DNA from: Torpedo marmorata
Lineage: Eukaryota
NCBI GenBank assembly: GCA_977017645.1
Contig: OZ360221.1
Span: forward strand, 165,106,001-165,170,000
Reading direction: 5' to 3'
Length of the DNA stretch: 64,000 nt
The notes below the pieces were generated by a model, which saw only the letters and a list, made by a program, of their open reading frames with translations, made no database searches and was not told where the DNA came from. This document shows, piece by piece, positions 50,020-61,404 of the stretch (its first letter is position 1; each line of letters opens with the position of its first letter). The position numbers and the translations under genes were made by a program.

Positions 50020-53000
50020 TTACAGGTCGAGCCTATCTGGCGGTCGAATCCGCCGCTGCGACCTGCGTAGAACCCGTGGTGAAGGGGCGGGCGATGGTGG
50101 TTGGGGTGGTAGTGATGGAGAAGGGGATGGCAGGATTGTCTCCTGCCTGGCTTGCGGACCATCCAGCCCCAGCGAGGGTGCTGGGGCTGCTGTGCTGGGG
50201 GGTGGGGGAGACGGGGGGAACAGCTGTGACCAGGCATTCTCGCTGTTGGGGACCTCTTCCGGCGCTCCTGCAGGCGCCAGGTCCCGTATCGATACCGTGT
50301 CTTCCCGCCCATCAGGGAAGACCACATAGGCATACTGCGGATTCGCGTGGGTCAGCTGCACCCTCTCGACCATGGGATCGTATTTGCTACTCCGAAGGTG
50401 CTTGCGGAGTAGCACAGGTCCCGGGGATGTCAGCCAGGCAGGGAGGGTGGTTCCGGTGGTCGACTTTCTGGGGAAGGAAAAGAGGCGTTCGTGAGGGGTG
50501 GCATTAGTAGAGGTACAAAACAGGGACCGTATGGAGTGGAGAGCATCCGTGAGAACTTCCTGCCAACGGGCTACTGGCCACCCTTTTGATTTGAGGGCCA
50601 GGAGCGTGGCCTTCCACACGGTAGCATTCTCCCTCTCCACCTGCCCGTTTCCCCGTGGGTTGTACCCCGTGGTTCTACTGGTGGCGATGCCTCAGGTCTG
50701 CAAGTACTGCCGCAGTTCCTCACTCATAAACGCTGATCCCCGGTCGCTATGGACATAGTTGGGGAAACCAAATATTGTGAATACCTGGCGAAGAGCTTTA
50801 ATAGCAGAGGAGGCCGAGGTATCGGGGCAGGGGATGGCGAAGGGGAACCACGAGTATTCATCAATAATATTGAGGAAGTACACATTGCGGTTCGTGGAGG
50901 GGAGGGGGCCCTTGAAGTCGATACTAAGACATTCGAAAGGGCGGGTGGCCTTGACCAGCTGTGCCTTGTCGGGGCGGTAGAATTGCGGTTTGCACTCCGC
51001 ACAGACTCGGCAGCTGCTGGTCATAGTCCTGACCTCTTCCAGGGAGTACGGCAGGTTTCGTGCCTTAACAAAGTGAAAGAGCCTGGTAACTCCCGGGTGG
51101 CAGAGGTCACAATGGAGGGCGTGTATCCGGTCGATCTGCGCGCTGGCGCACGATCCCCGGGATAGAGCATCGGAGGGCTCATTGAGCTTCCCGGGCCGGT
51201 AAAGGATGTCGTAATTGAGGGTGGAGAGTTCTATTCTCCACCTCATGATTTTATCATTTTTGATCTTACCCCGCTGCTGGTTGTTAAACATAAATGCGAC
51301 AGAGCGTTGATCCGTCAGCAGGGTAAAATGCTTGCCAGCGAGATAGTGCCTCCAGTGCCTGATAGCCTCTACTATGGCCTGGGCCTCTTTCTCCACCGCG
51401 GAGTGCCGAATTTCGGGGCCTTGGAGGGTCCGTGAGAAAAACGCTACCGGTCTTCCCGCCTGGTTGAGTGTGGCAGCCAGCGCGAAGTCCGATGCGTCAC
51501 ACTCTACCTGAAAAGGTACCGACTCGTCCACCGCGTGCATTGCTGCTCGGGCAATGTCCCCTTTTACGAGGTCAAAAGCCTCACGTGCCTCCGAAGCAAG
51601 GGGAAACTTGGTGGATTTGACGAGGGGTCGGGCTTTATCCGCGTAGTTTGGAACCCACTGCGCATAATACGAGAAGAACCCGAGGCATCGTTTAAGGGCT
51701 TTGGGTGTATGAGGAATCGGAAGTTCCAGCAGGGGCCGCATGCGGTCGGGGTCGGGTCCAATCACCCCGTTCTCCACGACGCACCCCAGAATGGCGAGTC
51801 GGGTAGTCCCGAACATGCACTTCTCCTTATTATAGGTGAGGTTTAGCGCCTCGGCCGCCTGCAGGAACCTCCGAAGGTTCTTATCGTGATCCTGGAGATC
51901 ATGACCACATATGGTGATGTCGTCCAGGTACGGGAACGTGGCTTTCAGTTTAAATTGGTCGACTATCCTATCCATCTCCCGCTGGAACACGGACACCCCA
52001 TTTGTGACTCCGAAGGGGATGCGCAGGAAATGGAACAACCTGCCGTCCGCCTCAAAGGCGGTGTATGCGCAGTCTTCCCGGCGGATCGGGAGCTGGTGAT
52101 AAGCCGACTTTAAGTCTATAGTGGAGAACAGACTGTACTGTGCAATTTGATTGACCATATCCGCTATTCGCGGCAACGGGTAGGCATCCAATTGCGTAAA
52201 CCGATTGATAGTCTGACTATAGTCCACCACCATCCGGCTCTTGGCCCCGTTCTTTACCACGACTACCTGGGCTCTCCAGGGGCTGTTACTGGGTTCGATG
52301 ATCCCCTCCCCCAATAGGCGTTTCACCTCCGCCTTGATAAACGCCCTGTCCCCCGCGCTGTATCGCCTGCTCTTGGTTGCCACGGGCTTACAGTCGGGGG
52401 TCAGGTTGGCGAAGAGTGACGGGGGCGGGATGTTAAGCGTGGAGAGGCCACAGGTAGTCTGGGGCGTATTGTTCAGGTACTGGTGGTTAGTCACTGTGAT
52501 CGGAGGGTGGGGCCCGTCATAGCGCATGGTGACGCTTCGTAGATGATTCTGGAAGTCGAGTCCCAGTAGTACAGGTGCACACAAACGAGGCATGACGAGT
52601 AATGAAAAGTCCCGATATTCTGTGCCCTGTACTACAATGTTCGCCACACAACCCCCCCGGATGTCCGTTGTGTGCGACCCAGACGCCATGGCCACCCTCT
52701 GACTTACCGGTACAGTCGTGAGGCCACAGCGCTGGACAGTGTCTGGGTGAACGAAGCTTTCGGTGCTGCCTGTATCGAACAGGCAGGTAGTCTTGCGCCC
52801 CTCGACTAGTATGTCCATCATAGATCTGGACAGCTGGTGGGGCGCGCTCTGATCGAGTGTGACCGACGCCAGGGTCGGGACGTAGTCGTAGTCTTGATCC
52901 GACGTGTAGTCTTGATACGACACTGGCGAAGATGGCTGCCCCCGTGGGTCGCACGTGTCGCGGCTTTAGCTACAAGATGACGGTGCCGGAAGTGCAGACG

Positions 53001-53988
53001 TGAGGCTGTAAAATGGCCGCGCCGGAAGTGCCGGTGCCGGAAGTGCCGGTGTCCAAAATGGCCGCCTCCATTCCTCGCACGAGGTCGCAACCGGAAGTGA
53101 CGAGAGGTAAGATGGCCGCTCCCTCACTTCGCACGCGGCGCTGCTCGGACCCGCACGCGGCTTGGAGCGGTAGGCCTTAGCGTAGTGGCCTTTCTTGCCG
53201 CAACTGGAGCAAGTCGCGTCTCGGGCCGGGCAGCGTTTGCGCGGATGTTTGTCGAGCCCGCAGAAGTAACACTTCTCGGGCTCTCGGGTAACGGCCGCGG
53301 CGGTTAACTCACGGGTGGCGGTGGCGGGCTCTCGGGCAGCGGCGGCGGCGGCCAGTTCACGGATGGCGGCGGCGGCGATCGGGTCGCGGCTGACGGCAGC
53401 GGCGGTCATCTCGCTTGCAGGGCTGGCGGTTGGGGCTGTCCACGAGGCAGGCTGCGCCTGCATAGCGTCTGAGTTTCTCAGCGCAGCCTCCAGCGTGAGG
53501 GCCGTCTGGACAGCGGATTTGAGGGTCAGATCGGCGTGCTCCAGCAATCGCTGGCGCATGTATGCCGACCTGATCCCCATGATGAAAGTGTCCCTTGCTA
53601 GCAGATCAGCGTGCTGCTCAGCCGTCAGCGCTCTGCAGTCGCACGCTCGCATCAGCGACTGCACGTCTTGAACGAATTCGGAGATCGACTCCCCGGGTCG
53701 CTGGCGCCGTTGCGATAGCCGGTGTCTTGCGTAGACCGCGTTCACGGGCGTTAAGTACAGTCTCTTTAGGGCTTGCATAGCCTCCTCGTAGGTCTGGCAG
53801 TCTCGAACGTTTGTATACACATGAGGGCTTACCCTGGACATGAGGATGTTCAGTTTGTCGTCCTCGTTGTCTGCTCTGATCGACCGCAGGAATGCTCGGA
53901 AACAGCGCAGCCAGAGTTCGAAAGCGCTAGCGGCGTCTTGAGCCAGGGGATCGATATCCAACTTGTCCGGTCTCAAAACGTTCTCCAT
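50020..53988 (-). pseudogene. Single-frame gag-pol of copy D with two in-frame stops (52966-52968, 50692-50694)
   Basis: ORFs 52966-54027, 50692-52923 and 50020-50640 share one frame; YLDD, LFDTGS and DDE motifs present. Confidence 0.95.
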
Positions 53989-54012
53989 CAGGCTTTTTAC
54001 TGCTAATAAAAT

Positions 54013-54267
54013 TGATACACCTATCAATGACTCACCAGAGGCAGGAAGTAATGGGAGATCGAAAGGCTTTTATTAGCAGTAAGACTGAGCCTAGGTTAAG
54101 TCACAGTTAACCTGCTGAGACCTGCTGGACTATCCCGGAACTGGAGGAGGGGTCTGTGGCTCAAGGCCTTTATTCAGGGAGGAAGGGGGAGGAGCCACCG
54201 GGATAGACAGCAGGCATGCTCAGACCTATCCCCAGCCCCATAGTTCATACAACAGTGGTTTACCACA
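54013..54267 (-). repeat. 5' LTR of copy D
   Basis: Direct repeat of 49629-49884. Confidence 0.95.
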
Positions 54268-56326
54268 CCAGTCGACTGCCATCAGCTACGCACAGGCTTT
54301 GAATGGCCCGTTAAAGGAGCCGAAGGTAGTTTTATTTAAAATCCCACGACCGCGGGGTCAGCGCCCAAGATGGGAGTGCCTCTGATCGGCAGCAGCCATA
54401 AGGGGTTGCAGACTCCAGGGGAGCGGAGAACTGGTGCAGGGCACCAGAAAACGGGGAGACCATCCCCCGTCTGAGAAGGAGAAGCAGAGGAGACGACCCA
54501 CAGGACGGTGACCACAGCGGCGGACCAGTGAGGGGGCTCTGCGACTGAAAGACCAATGCATGCGGCGGGCTGCTGGCGACTCGAGGCGAGGAATCCGCGG
54601 AGGCTGTGGGCTGCTGGAGACTGCTGTCGGGAGACTCGCGCCGGGCTGCGGACTGCTGGAGACTGGCTCGAACTGGCTGAAGGGGTACCAGGTATCGGAT
54701 CCGGGATGCGAGGGGGTGCCGAAGGCGCTGAAGGGTTCCTGACCATGTCGGAGGTTTGGATCTGGAGCTCGGGTTGCCAATGGTTTGGACTTGTGGCTGC
54801 GGAGGCTGCGGGAGCGCTGGAGGCGAATCTACGGACACTGGGTGACTCTGGGGGGACTCTCTTTTGCTTCTCTTTCTCTGACTGTAAGAGGCGCTTCAGG
54901 CAATTTATGCCGATGGCGAATCTGTCTGCCTTACAGCAGGCAAAAGGAATTTCGTGTAATATGACACTGTTTTATTGCATGACAATAAATTGAATCTTGA
55001 ATCTTGAACTGCACAGCCCATGAGACAACGGGCTACCCCCCTTTTTACCTCATGTTTGGCTGGGTTCCCTGCCTACCTGTTGATGTCCTCTTTCGTACTG
55101 TCCTTCATGACTCTGATGTGACAAGCTATGATAAGTATGTGGCATGTCTCACTAATGATCTAAAAGAAGCAATGGTGATTGCCCAGGACCATGTGGCAAA
55201 AGAGCAGAGCAGACATGCTCAGCTGTACAGCAAGAAAGTTAAGGGATCCAAGATTGGAATCGGTGACAGAGTGCTCTTGGCCAACAGGAGGGAAAGAGGT
55301 AAGAAGAAACTTGCTGACCGATGGGAATCAACCATCTTCACTGTGGTGGACATGAACGTAGAGACGCACACATACAGCATCCGTGACACAATCACTGGAC
55401 GAGAGAGGGTGGCCCACAGGAACCTACTGATGCTGGCCAATTTCCTCCCTGTGGGGGACACATGTGAAATGTCTGATGTTGCCTCGTCCATGCCTGTTAC
55501 AGAATCCTCAGCCTCAGGAACTTACGGCGTGGGAGAGGCAGAAGAGGCCTTGGTTGAGAGGGAGAGCGAGACTTCTTATGTTATAAGTGAAAGCCTTGAT
55601 GCTCTAAGTGACGAAAACTCATCTGACTGTGGAAGGGGGACAGGGTCCCTCGACTGATCCGGAGCCTGTGGACTCTGAGAGGAGAACTATAGATTGGATT
55701 ACGCAGTTGTCTGTACCATGTCTGTCAGGGGCGGATGTTGCTGACATATCAAGATTGACCTCTGACCCCCAGGATGCCTCAGTTTCACCTGGGAGTCACA
55801 TGACAGATCAGTCTGTAATCCGTGATTTTAATTCTGTGACGGCCGTGAATGTTCCAGCACATAGGAGATAGCCAAACCCACAGGTCAGGTCAAGATTTGG
55901 TCGCCTAGTCAAACCTGTGAACAGGCTCATACAAACCAAGTCCAGGCAGGATGTTGTTCAGGACTAGCCCAATGTTGAGGCTAGTTGCAAATCTGTGTTT
56001 GAGGCTCTTGCTGACTAAAACATTAATCAGATAGCCTATGGGTTAAGAAGTTTTTGTATTGGTAAAATGTTCCACTGGTTCAAGTTCTTCTCAGTCATAG
56101 GCCTGCACTACGCATGTGTTGGGGTCGTGTGGGATGTACAAGGCACCCTGTTACCAGTTGCTGGATTGAGGGATAAGCGCTGCTCTCATACCACTTCGTC
56201 CTTATGGGATACATTTGGTGTTGGTTTTCTTGATACTGACCCTTTGCAAATTGTTAGTTGTAGTGTTTTGTTTGGTGTATTCTGTGCATTGGAAGCTCAT
56301 ATTCGAAAAAAATCAGTGGGAGTGGG

Positions 56327-57249
56327 TGTAACAGAGTTAAAAATGTGTTTTAATATTTTTTATTCTCAATTCTGTAATTGTAATTTTATCTTGTAATTAT
56401 TGCCATTTTAATAATGTTTCCAGTGGGAATGAGTTTGGCGGTGCACACCTTGTGCACCTCCTAAGCCCCTCCTTTCCTGTTCCCCATACTGCTTGCTACC
56501 TTGCTTAGGGTAAGTGTGGGGGAACCTTGCTGCTGGGTTATTTTAATATTTTCTTTGGAAAATGAATTGGTTATTTTATCAATCTCAATGTATATTGTTC
56601 ATTGCTAATACTATTATGTTTTACAGTTGGTTTTGTATTGTTTTAATCATTAATGTAAGCTTTATGAAAGTTTTATCTAACTTGTGTTGAGGCACCATTA
56701 CCATGTGTTGATCATGTGACCCGAGATTTCATAGTGTAAATTCTGTTATTTTGCATGCTTAGGAGCAAAGGGGCAAAAAAGGAAGAAAACCCAGAAGACA
56801 ATGGTTGTATTATTTTCTCTTCTAAAGGTACAGAATTTCCTTGTTAATTGTATGATTTTGGCTAGTTAGTTTTTCTATGCAGTTTTTAACTCGCCCACTG
56901 GGTGCCACTGATTTTCACTGTGTATATATAGTTTTTTTTTATATAGTTGAAAAGATTTTAAAATGCAAAATGTTTTCCTGGGCAAATCTTAAAAACTCTC
57001 GGCTAATACCATGTACATTGAGTTGAGTACATTATTGAAATGTTAAAATACAGTATCTGTGTGTAGTTGAGGAAAATAATAAATGTTATATACTGCTTGC
57101 TACCTTGCTTAGGGAGCAAAGGGGCAAAAAAAGGAAGAAAATCCAGAAGACAATGCTGTATTATTTTGTCTTCTAAAGGGAGTGAATAAATGCTAGAAAA
57201 CAATTCCGTGAGTCGTCTCTTTTTCTACGCCCTATGCAAACCAGTTATA
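56327..57249 (+). repeat. 3' LTR of copy C
   Basis: Preceded by AGTGGGAGTGGG PPT; same exon, intron and spliced-copy layout. Confidence 0.95.
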
Positions 57250-58016
57250 TATACAAGCCCAGTCCCTCCAATCCTAAAACATATGACAATCCCGCCATCC
57301 TGGGAATTACCCTCGTGAACCTATGCTGCACTCCCTCAATAGCTAGAATGCCTTTCCTCAAACCTGGAGACCAAAACTGCACACAATACTTCAGGTGTGG
57401 TCTCACCAGGCCCCTGTACAATTGCAGAAGGACCTCCCTGCTCCTATACTCAACTCCCCTTGTTATGAAGGCCAACATACCATTAGCTTTCTTCATTGCC
57501 TGCTGTACCTGCATGCTTACTTTCAGTGACTGATGAACAAGGACACCTAGATCTCGTTGTACTTCCCCTTTTCCTAACTTGACACCATTCAGATAGTAAT
57601 CTGCCTTCCTGTTCTTGCCACCAAAGTGGATAACCTCACATTTATCCACATTAAACTGCATCTGCCATGCATCTGCCCACTCATCCAACCTGTCCAAGTC
57701 CCCCTGCATTCTCATAACATCCTCCTTACATTTCACACTGCCACCCAGCTTTGTGTCATCTGAAAATTTGCTAACGTTACTTTTAATCCCTTCATCTAAA
57801 TCATTAATGTATATTGTAAACAGCTGCGGTACCCCACTAGTCACTGCCTGCCATTCTGATAGGGATCCGTTAATCCCTACTCTTTGTTTCCTGTCTGCCA
57901 ACCAATTTTCAACGCCCAATACCATGTGCTCTAATTTTGCCCACTAATCTCCTATATTGGACCTTATCAAAGGCTTTCTGAAAGTCCAGGTACACTACAT
58001 CAACTGGCTCTCCCTT

Positions 58017-58586
58017 TTTAAAAAAAAAATATTTTATTTTAAATTTTGAATTTTCTCACAGTAGTACAACATACGTAATATACATTATTAATTCCAGTAA
58101 ATAAAAACATAATTTGTATTACAATGTATCTAACCCACCCCTTAACCCACCCTCTATAATGTTGCTACCCCACCCTCCACCCTTCCCCTCCCTTTAATTC
58201 CCTCCCCTTACTAAAAACTAAAAGAAAAGAACAGAAAGGACGGCATTGGTATTACTTATTAAAAAAAACATCTGCACGGATCGCTGCTGGGTCCACGATT
58301 CGACGCGTGGCATTCAACAATTTTTATTCTTTAATTTTGAGAGAGTCAACAGGGTCTAGGATGTAGAGCAACACATTTAAATATTCATACCTAATGATTG
58401 GATATATGGACGCCAAATTTGCAAAAATATCCCATATTTGTTTCTCATTTTATATATGTTATTTTTTCCAATGGAATACAACTCCGCATCTCTATATTCC
58501 ATCTATCCATGCCTAAATTTGTATCTGATTTCCAAGTTACTGCTATACACTTCCTTGCTACTGCTAAAGCAATTTTTACAAATTTC
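58017..58586 (-). mobile_element. L1 3' fragment
   Basis: KIALAVARKCIAVTWKS; TSD ACTGGCTCTCCCTT. Confidence 0.9.
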
Positions 58587-59071
58587 ACTGGCTCTCCCTT
58601 GTCCATTATCATAGTTACATCCTCAAAAAATTCCAGAAGATTAGTCAAGCATGATTTCCCCTTCGTAAATCCATGCTGACTCGGACCGATCCTGTTACTG
58701 CTATCCAAATGTGCCGCTATTTCATCTTTCATAATTGCCTCCAGCATCTTCCCCACCACTGATGTCAGGCTAACTGGTCTATAATTCCCTGTTTTCTCTC
58801 TCCCTCCTTTCTTAAAAAGTGGGATAACATTAGCTACCCTCCAATCCGCAGGAACTGATCCTGAATCTATAGAACATTGGAAAATGATTACCAATGCGTC
58901 CACGATTTCTAGAGCCACCTCCTTAAGTACCCTAGGATGCAGATCATCGGGCCCTGGAGATTTATCAGCCTTCAGTCCCATCAGTCTACCCAACACCATT
59001 TTCTGCTTAATGTGAATTTCTTTCAGTCCCTCAGTTACCCTAGGTCCTCTGTGCACTATTACATCTGGGAG

Positions 59072-59434
59072 CAAAAAAAAAAACACAAATGCTAGAGAAG
59101 CTCAGCAGGTCAAACAGTGTATTTTATGTAGCAAAGGTAGAAATACATAACCGACATTTCGGGCTTGAGCCCTTCACTCTCCAACCAGATGGCATTAACA
59201 TTGACTTTTCTGCTTTCCACTAAACCTGCTTGCCTTTTCCTTCCCCTCCCTCCTTCCCTGTCCTTCCAGTTTTTCCACCCACCCAGCCATCCCTCCTCCC
59301 CCTGTTTGCTGCTGTCCCCTCCCTCCTTTCTCCACCTATCATCTCCTGCCTTTGCCACCCCTTCCCCCCCCCCCCCGCCCCCCCACTCTTTTGTTCGGAC
59401 GCCTGCCGGCATTTCCTCATAAAACACAGCTACA
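59072..59434. mobile_element. Penelope-derived fragment
   Basis: Inverted pseudo-LTR plus EN/3' piece; TSD ATTACATCTGGGAG (59058-59071, 60532-60545). Confidence 0.8.
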
Positions 59435-60518
59435 AAAATTAGGTCCAGACATGTTGTTACAAGAGTGTAGTGAAGTAGAAACTATTATTAGGAAAGGAAA
59501 TACTAAGAAATTTACTTCTATAGTATATTCTTTGCTACAGAGGGGAGCTCAAAAACGAGGACTTCATAAGTCCAGACAGAGATGGGAACAAGATCTTAAT
59601 ATTACAATTGATGAAAAAAGATGGTCGGATCTATGCTTAGATAGTATGACTAATACTGTTAATGTAAAATATAGATTGGTACAGTACAACTTTTTACATC
59701 AAATATACCTCACACCACAAAAACTGAACAAGATGAACTCTGCAATACCAAATAGATGTTTTAGATGTGGAGAAGAAGAAGGAACATTCTTACATTCAAC
59801 GTGGTCATGTTCAAAAGTGAAAGATTTTTGGACAGAGTTAGGAAACCGGTTAAAACAAGTTACAGGTGTTACATTTCCTCAAAACCCTGACTTGTTCTTA
59901 TTGGGGAATGTAGAGGGAGCTAGACCAAAATTGAAACTATCTATATGGCAATTAAAATTCGTAAAAATTGCACTAGCAGTAGCTAGGAAATGTATAGCAG
60001 TGACTTGGAAATCGGATACAAATCTCAGTATGAATAGATGGAATTCAGAGATGCAGAGTTGTATCCCATTGGAAAAAATAACATATAGTATGAGGAATAA
60101 GTATGGACTCTTTTTACAAATTTGGCGTCCATTTATCCAACTATTAGGAATGAATATTTAAATATGTTGCCCTGCATCCCAGACCCCGCTGACTCTCTTA
60201 AGTTTAAACTTGAAGAATGAGCATTGTTGAATATCTTGCATCGAGCCATGGATATGTACAGATATATTTTCAATTGTTCTTTTCCCTTCTCTTTTCTTTT
60301 TTCTTAGTTCTAGTATGGGGAGGGGATAAGGGATGGGAAGGATGGAGGGTGGGTTGTTTTAGCGAGGGTGGACTTAGATGGGGTTAGATTCATGGTAATA
60401 CGAAATTTCTATGTATCGAATTTAACTAATGTTTACTGTGTATTTTACATTATTTTGTATTATTGTGAAAAATTTGAAAATCTTAAAATAAAATATTTTT
60501 TAAAAAACAAAAAAACAA
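59435..60518 (+). mobile_element. L1 3' fragment
   Basis: ORF2 C-terminus with CCHC; A-tail; TSD AAAACACAGCTACA. Confidence 0.92.
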
Positions 60519-61404
60519 AAAACACAGCTACATTACATCTGGGAGATTGTTTGTGTCCTCCCTAGTGAAGACAGATCCAAAGTACCTGTTCAACTCGTCT
60601 GCCATTTCCTTGTTCCCCATAATAATTTCAACTGTTTCTGTCTTCAAGGGTCCAACTTTGATCTTAACTAATTTTTTCCTCTTCACATACCGAAAGAAGC
60701 TTATTCTGTCCTCTATATTCTTGGCAAGCTTATCTTCGTACCTCATCTTTTCTCCCCGTATTGCCTTTTTAGTTATCTTCTGTTGCTCTTTAAAAATTTC
60801 CCAATCCTCCGGCTTCCTGCTCATCTTTGCTATGTTATACTTTTCTTTTATTTTTATACTGTCCTTGGCTTCCCTTGTCAGCCACGGTCACCCCTTACTC
60901 CCCTTAGAATCTTTCTTCCTCTTTGGAATGAACTGATCCTCCACCTTCTGTATTATTCCCAGAAATACCTGCCATTGTTGTTCCACTGTCATCCCTGCAA
61001 GAGTATCTTTCCAATCAGCTTTGGCCAGCTCCTCCCTCATGGCTCCATAGTCCCCTTTGTTCAACTGTAATATTGACACTTCCGATTTTCCCTTCTCCCT
61101 CTCAAATTGTAGTCTAAAACTTATCATGTTATGGTCACTACCTCCTAATGGCTCCTTTACCTCAAGTTCCCTTATCAAATCTGGTTCATTACACAACACT
61201 AAATCCAGAATGCGCGACCCAGCATCTGCAGACTTTCTTGTTTAATCTTTAGGGAATCCTGCACTTAAGTCCCTTTGAACCTCCACTTTCTAAATTCTCT
61301 CCCTATTTCGAAAATAGTCTACTTCTTTATTCCTTCCACCAAAGTACATGACCATACACTTCCCTACACTGTATTTCATCTGCCACTTCTTTGCCCGTTC
61401 TCCT

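Larger units (their letters stand above)
49629..54267 (-). mobile_element. Compact Ty3/Gypsy (Mag-like), copy D, near intact
   Basis: LTRs 49629-49884 and 54013-54267 with about 4 differences; TSD CCAAT/CCAGT; PPT. Confidence 0.97.
49573..55006 (+). mobile_element. Non-coding GC-rich non-autonomous retroposon (about 790 bp) with Rex1-type tail, split by copy D
   Basis: CATGACAATAAA plus (TTGAATC)n tail; AACTG at both junctions; second copy at 63846. Confidence 0.75.
45940..55970 (+). pseudogene. pol of copy C (interrupted 49573-55006)
   Basis: LDSGS protease, YLDD RT, TDASLDG RNase H, HHCC and SDQG integrase; MYN/CTAHET split by the insertion; many stops. Confidence 0.92.
43285..57249 (+). 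mobile_element. Large Ty3/Gypsy element with PNMA-like Gag (copy C)
   Basis: LTRs of about 930 bp, TSD TATA (43281-43284, 57250-57253), tRNA-His PBS, PPT, gag and pol. Confidence 0.95.
42877..61211 (-). mobile_element. Younger CR1 LINE (CR1-B), in pieces 42877-43284, 57250-58016, 58587-59071 and 60532-61211
   Basis: RGDLIETYKI...TRGHSL, KFSDDTKL, NYRPVSLTSVVGK, GSDHN; (TATTGTC)n tail. Confidence 0.92.
42763..61246. mobile_element. Short PLE-derived element (42763-42876 plus 61212-61246), split by CR1-B
   Basis: Hammerhead-like cgtttcgggcctgggcccttcatcaagg; TSD 42752-42762 and 61247-61257. Confidence 0.75.

Noticed and set aside
52966-52968. Programmed gag-pol stop read-through
   Set aside because: Copy B is open through the same region; more likely a point mutation
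54332-54993. Several overlapping 130-170 aa ORFs
   Set aside because: GC-rich low-complexity repeat with no domain motifs
55620-56326. env-like third ORF in copy C
   Set aside because: Only the low-complexity integrase tail and a short UTR; no signal peptide or transmembrane ORF
58445-59086. Apparent CR1-L1 fusion protein (similarly 59352-60161, 62607-63236, 21486-21788)
   Set aside because: Chance in-frame joins at insertion junctions marked by TSDs
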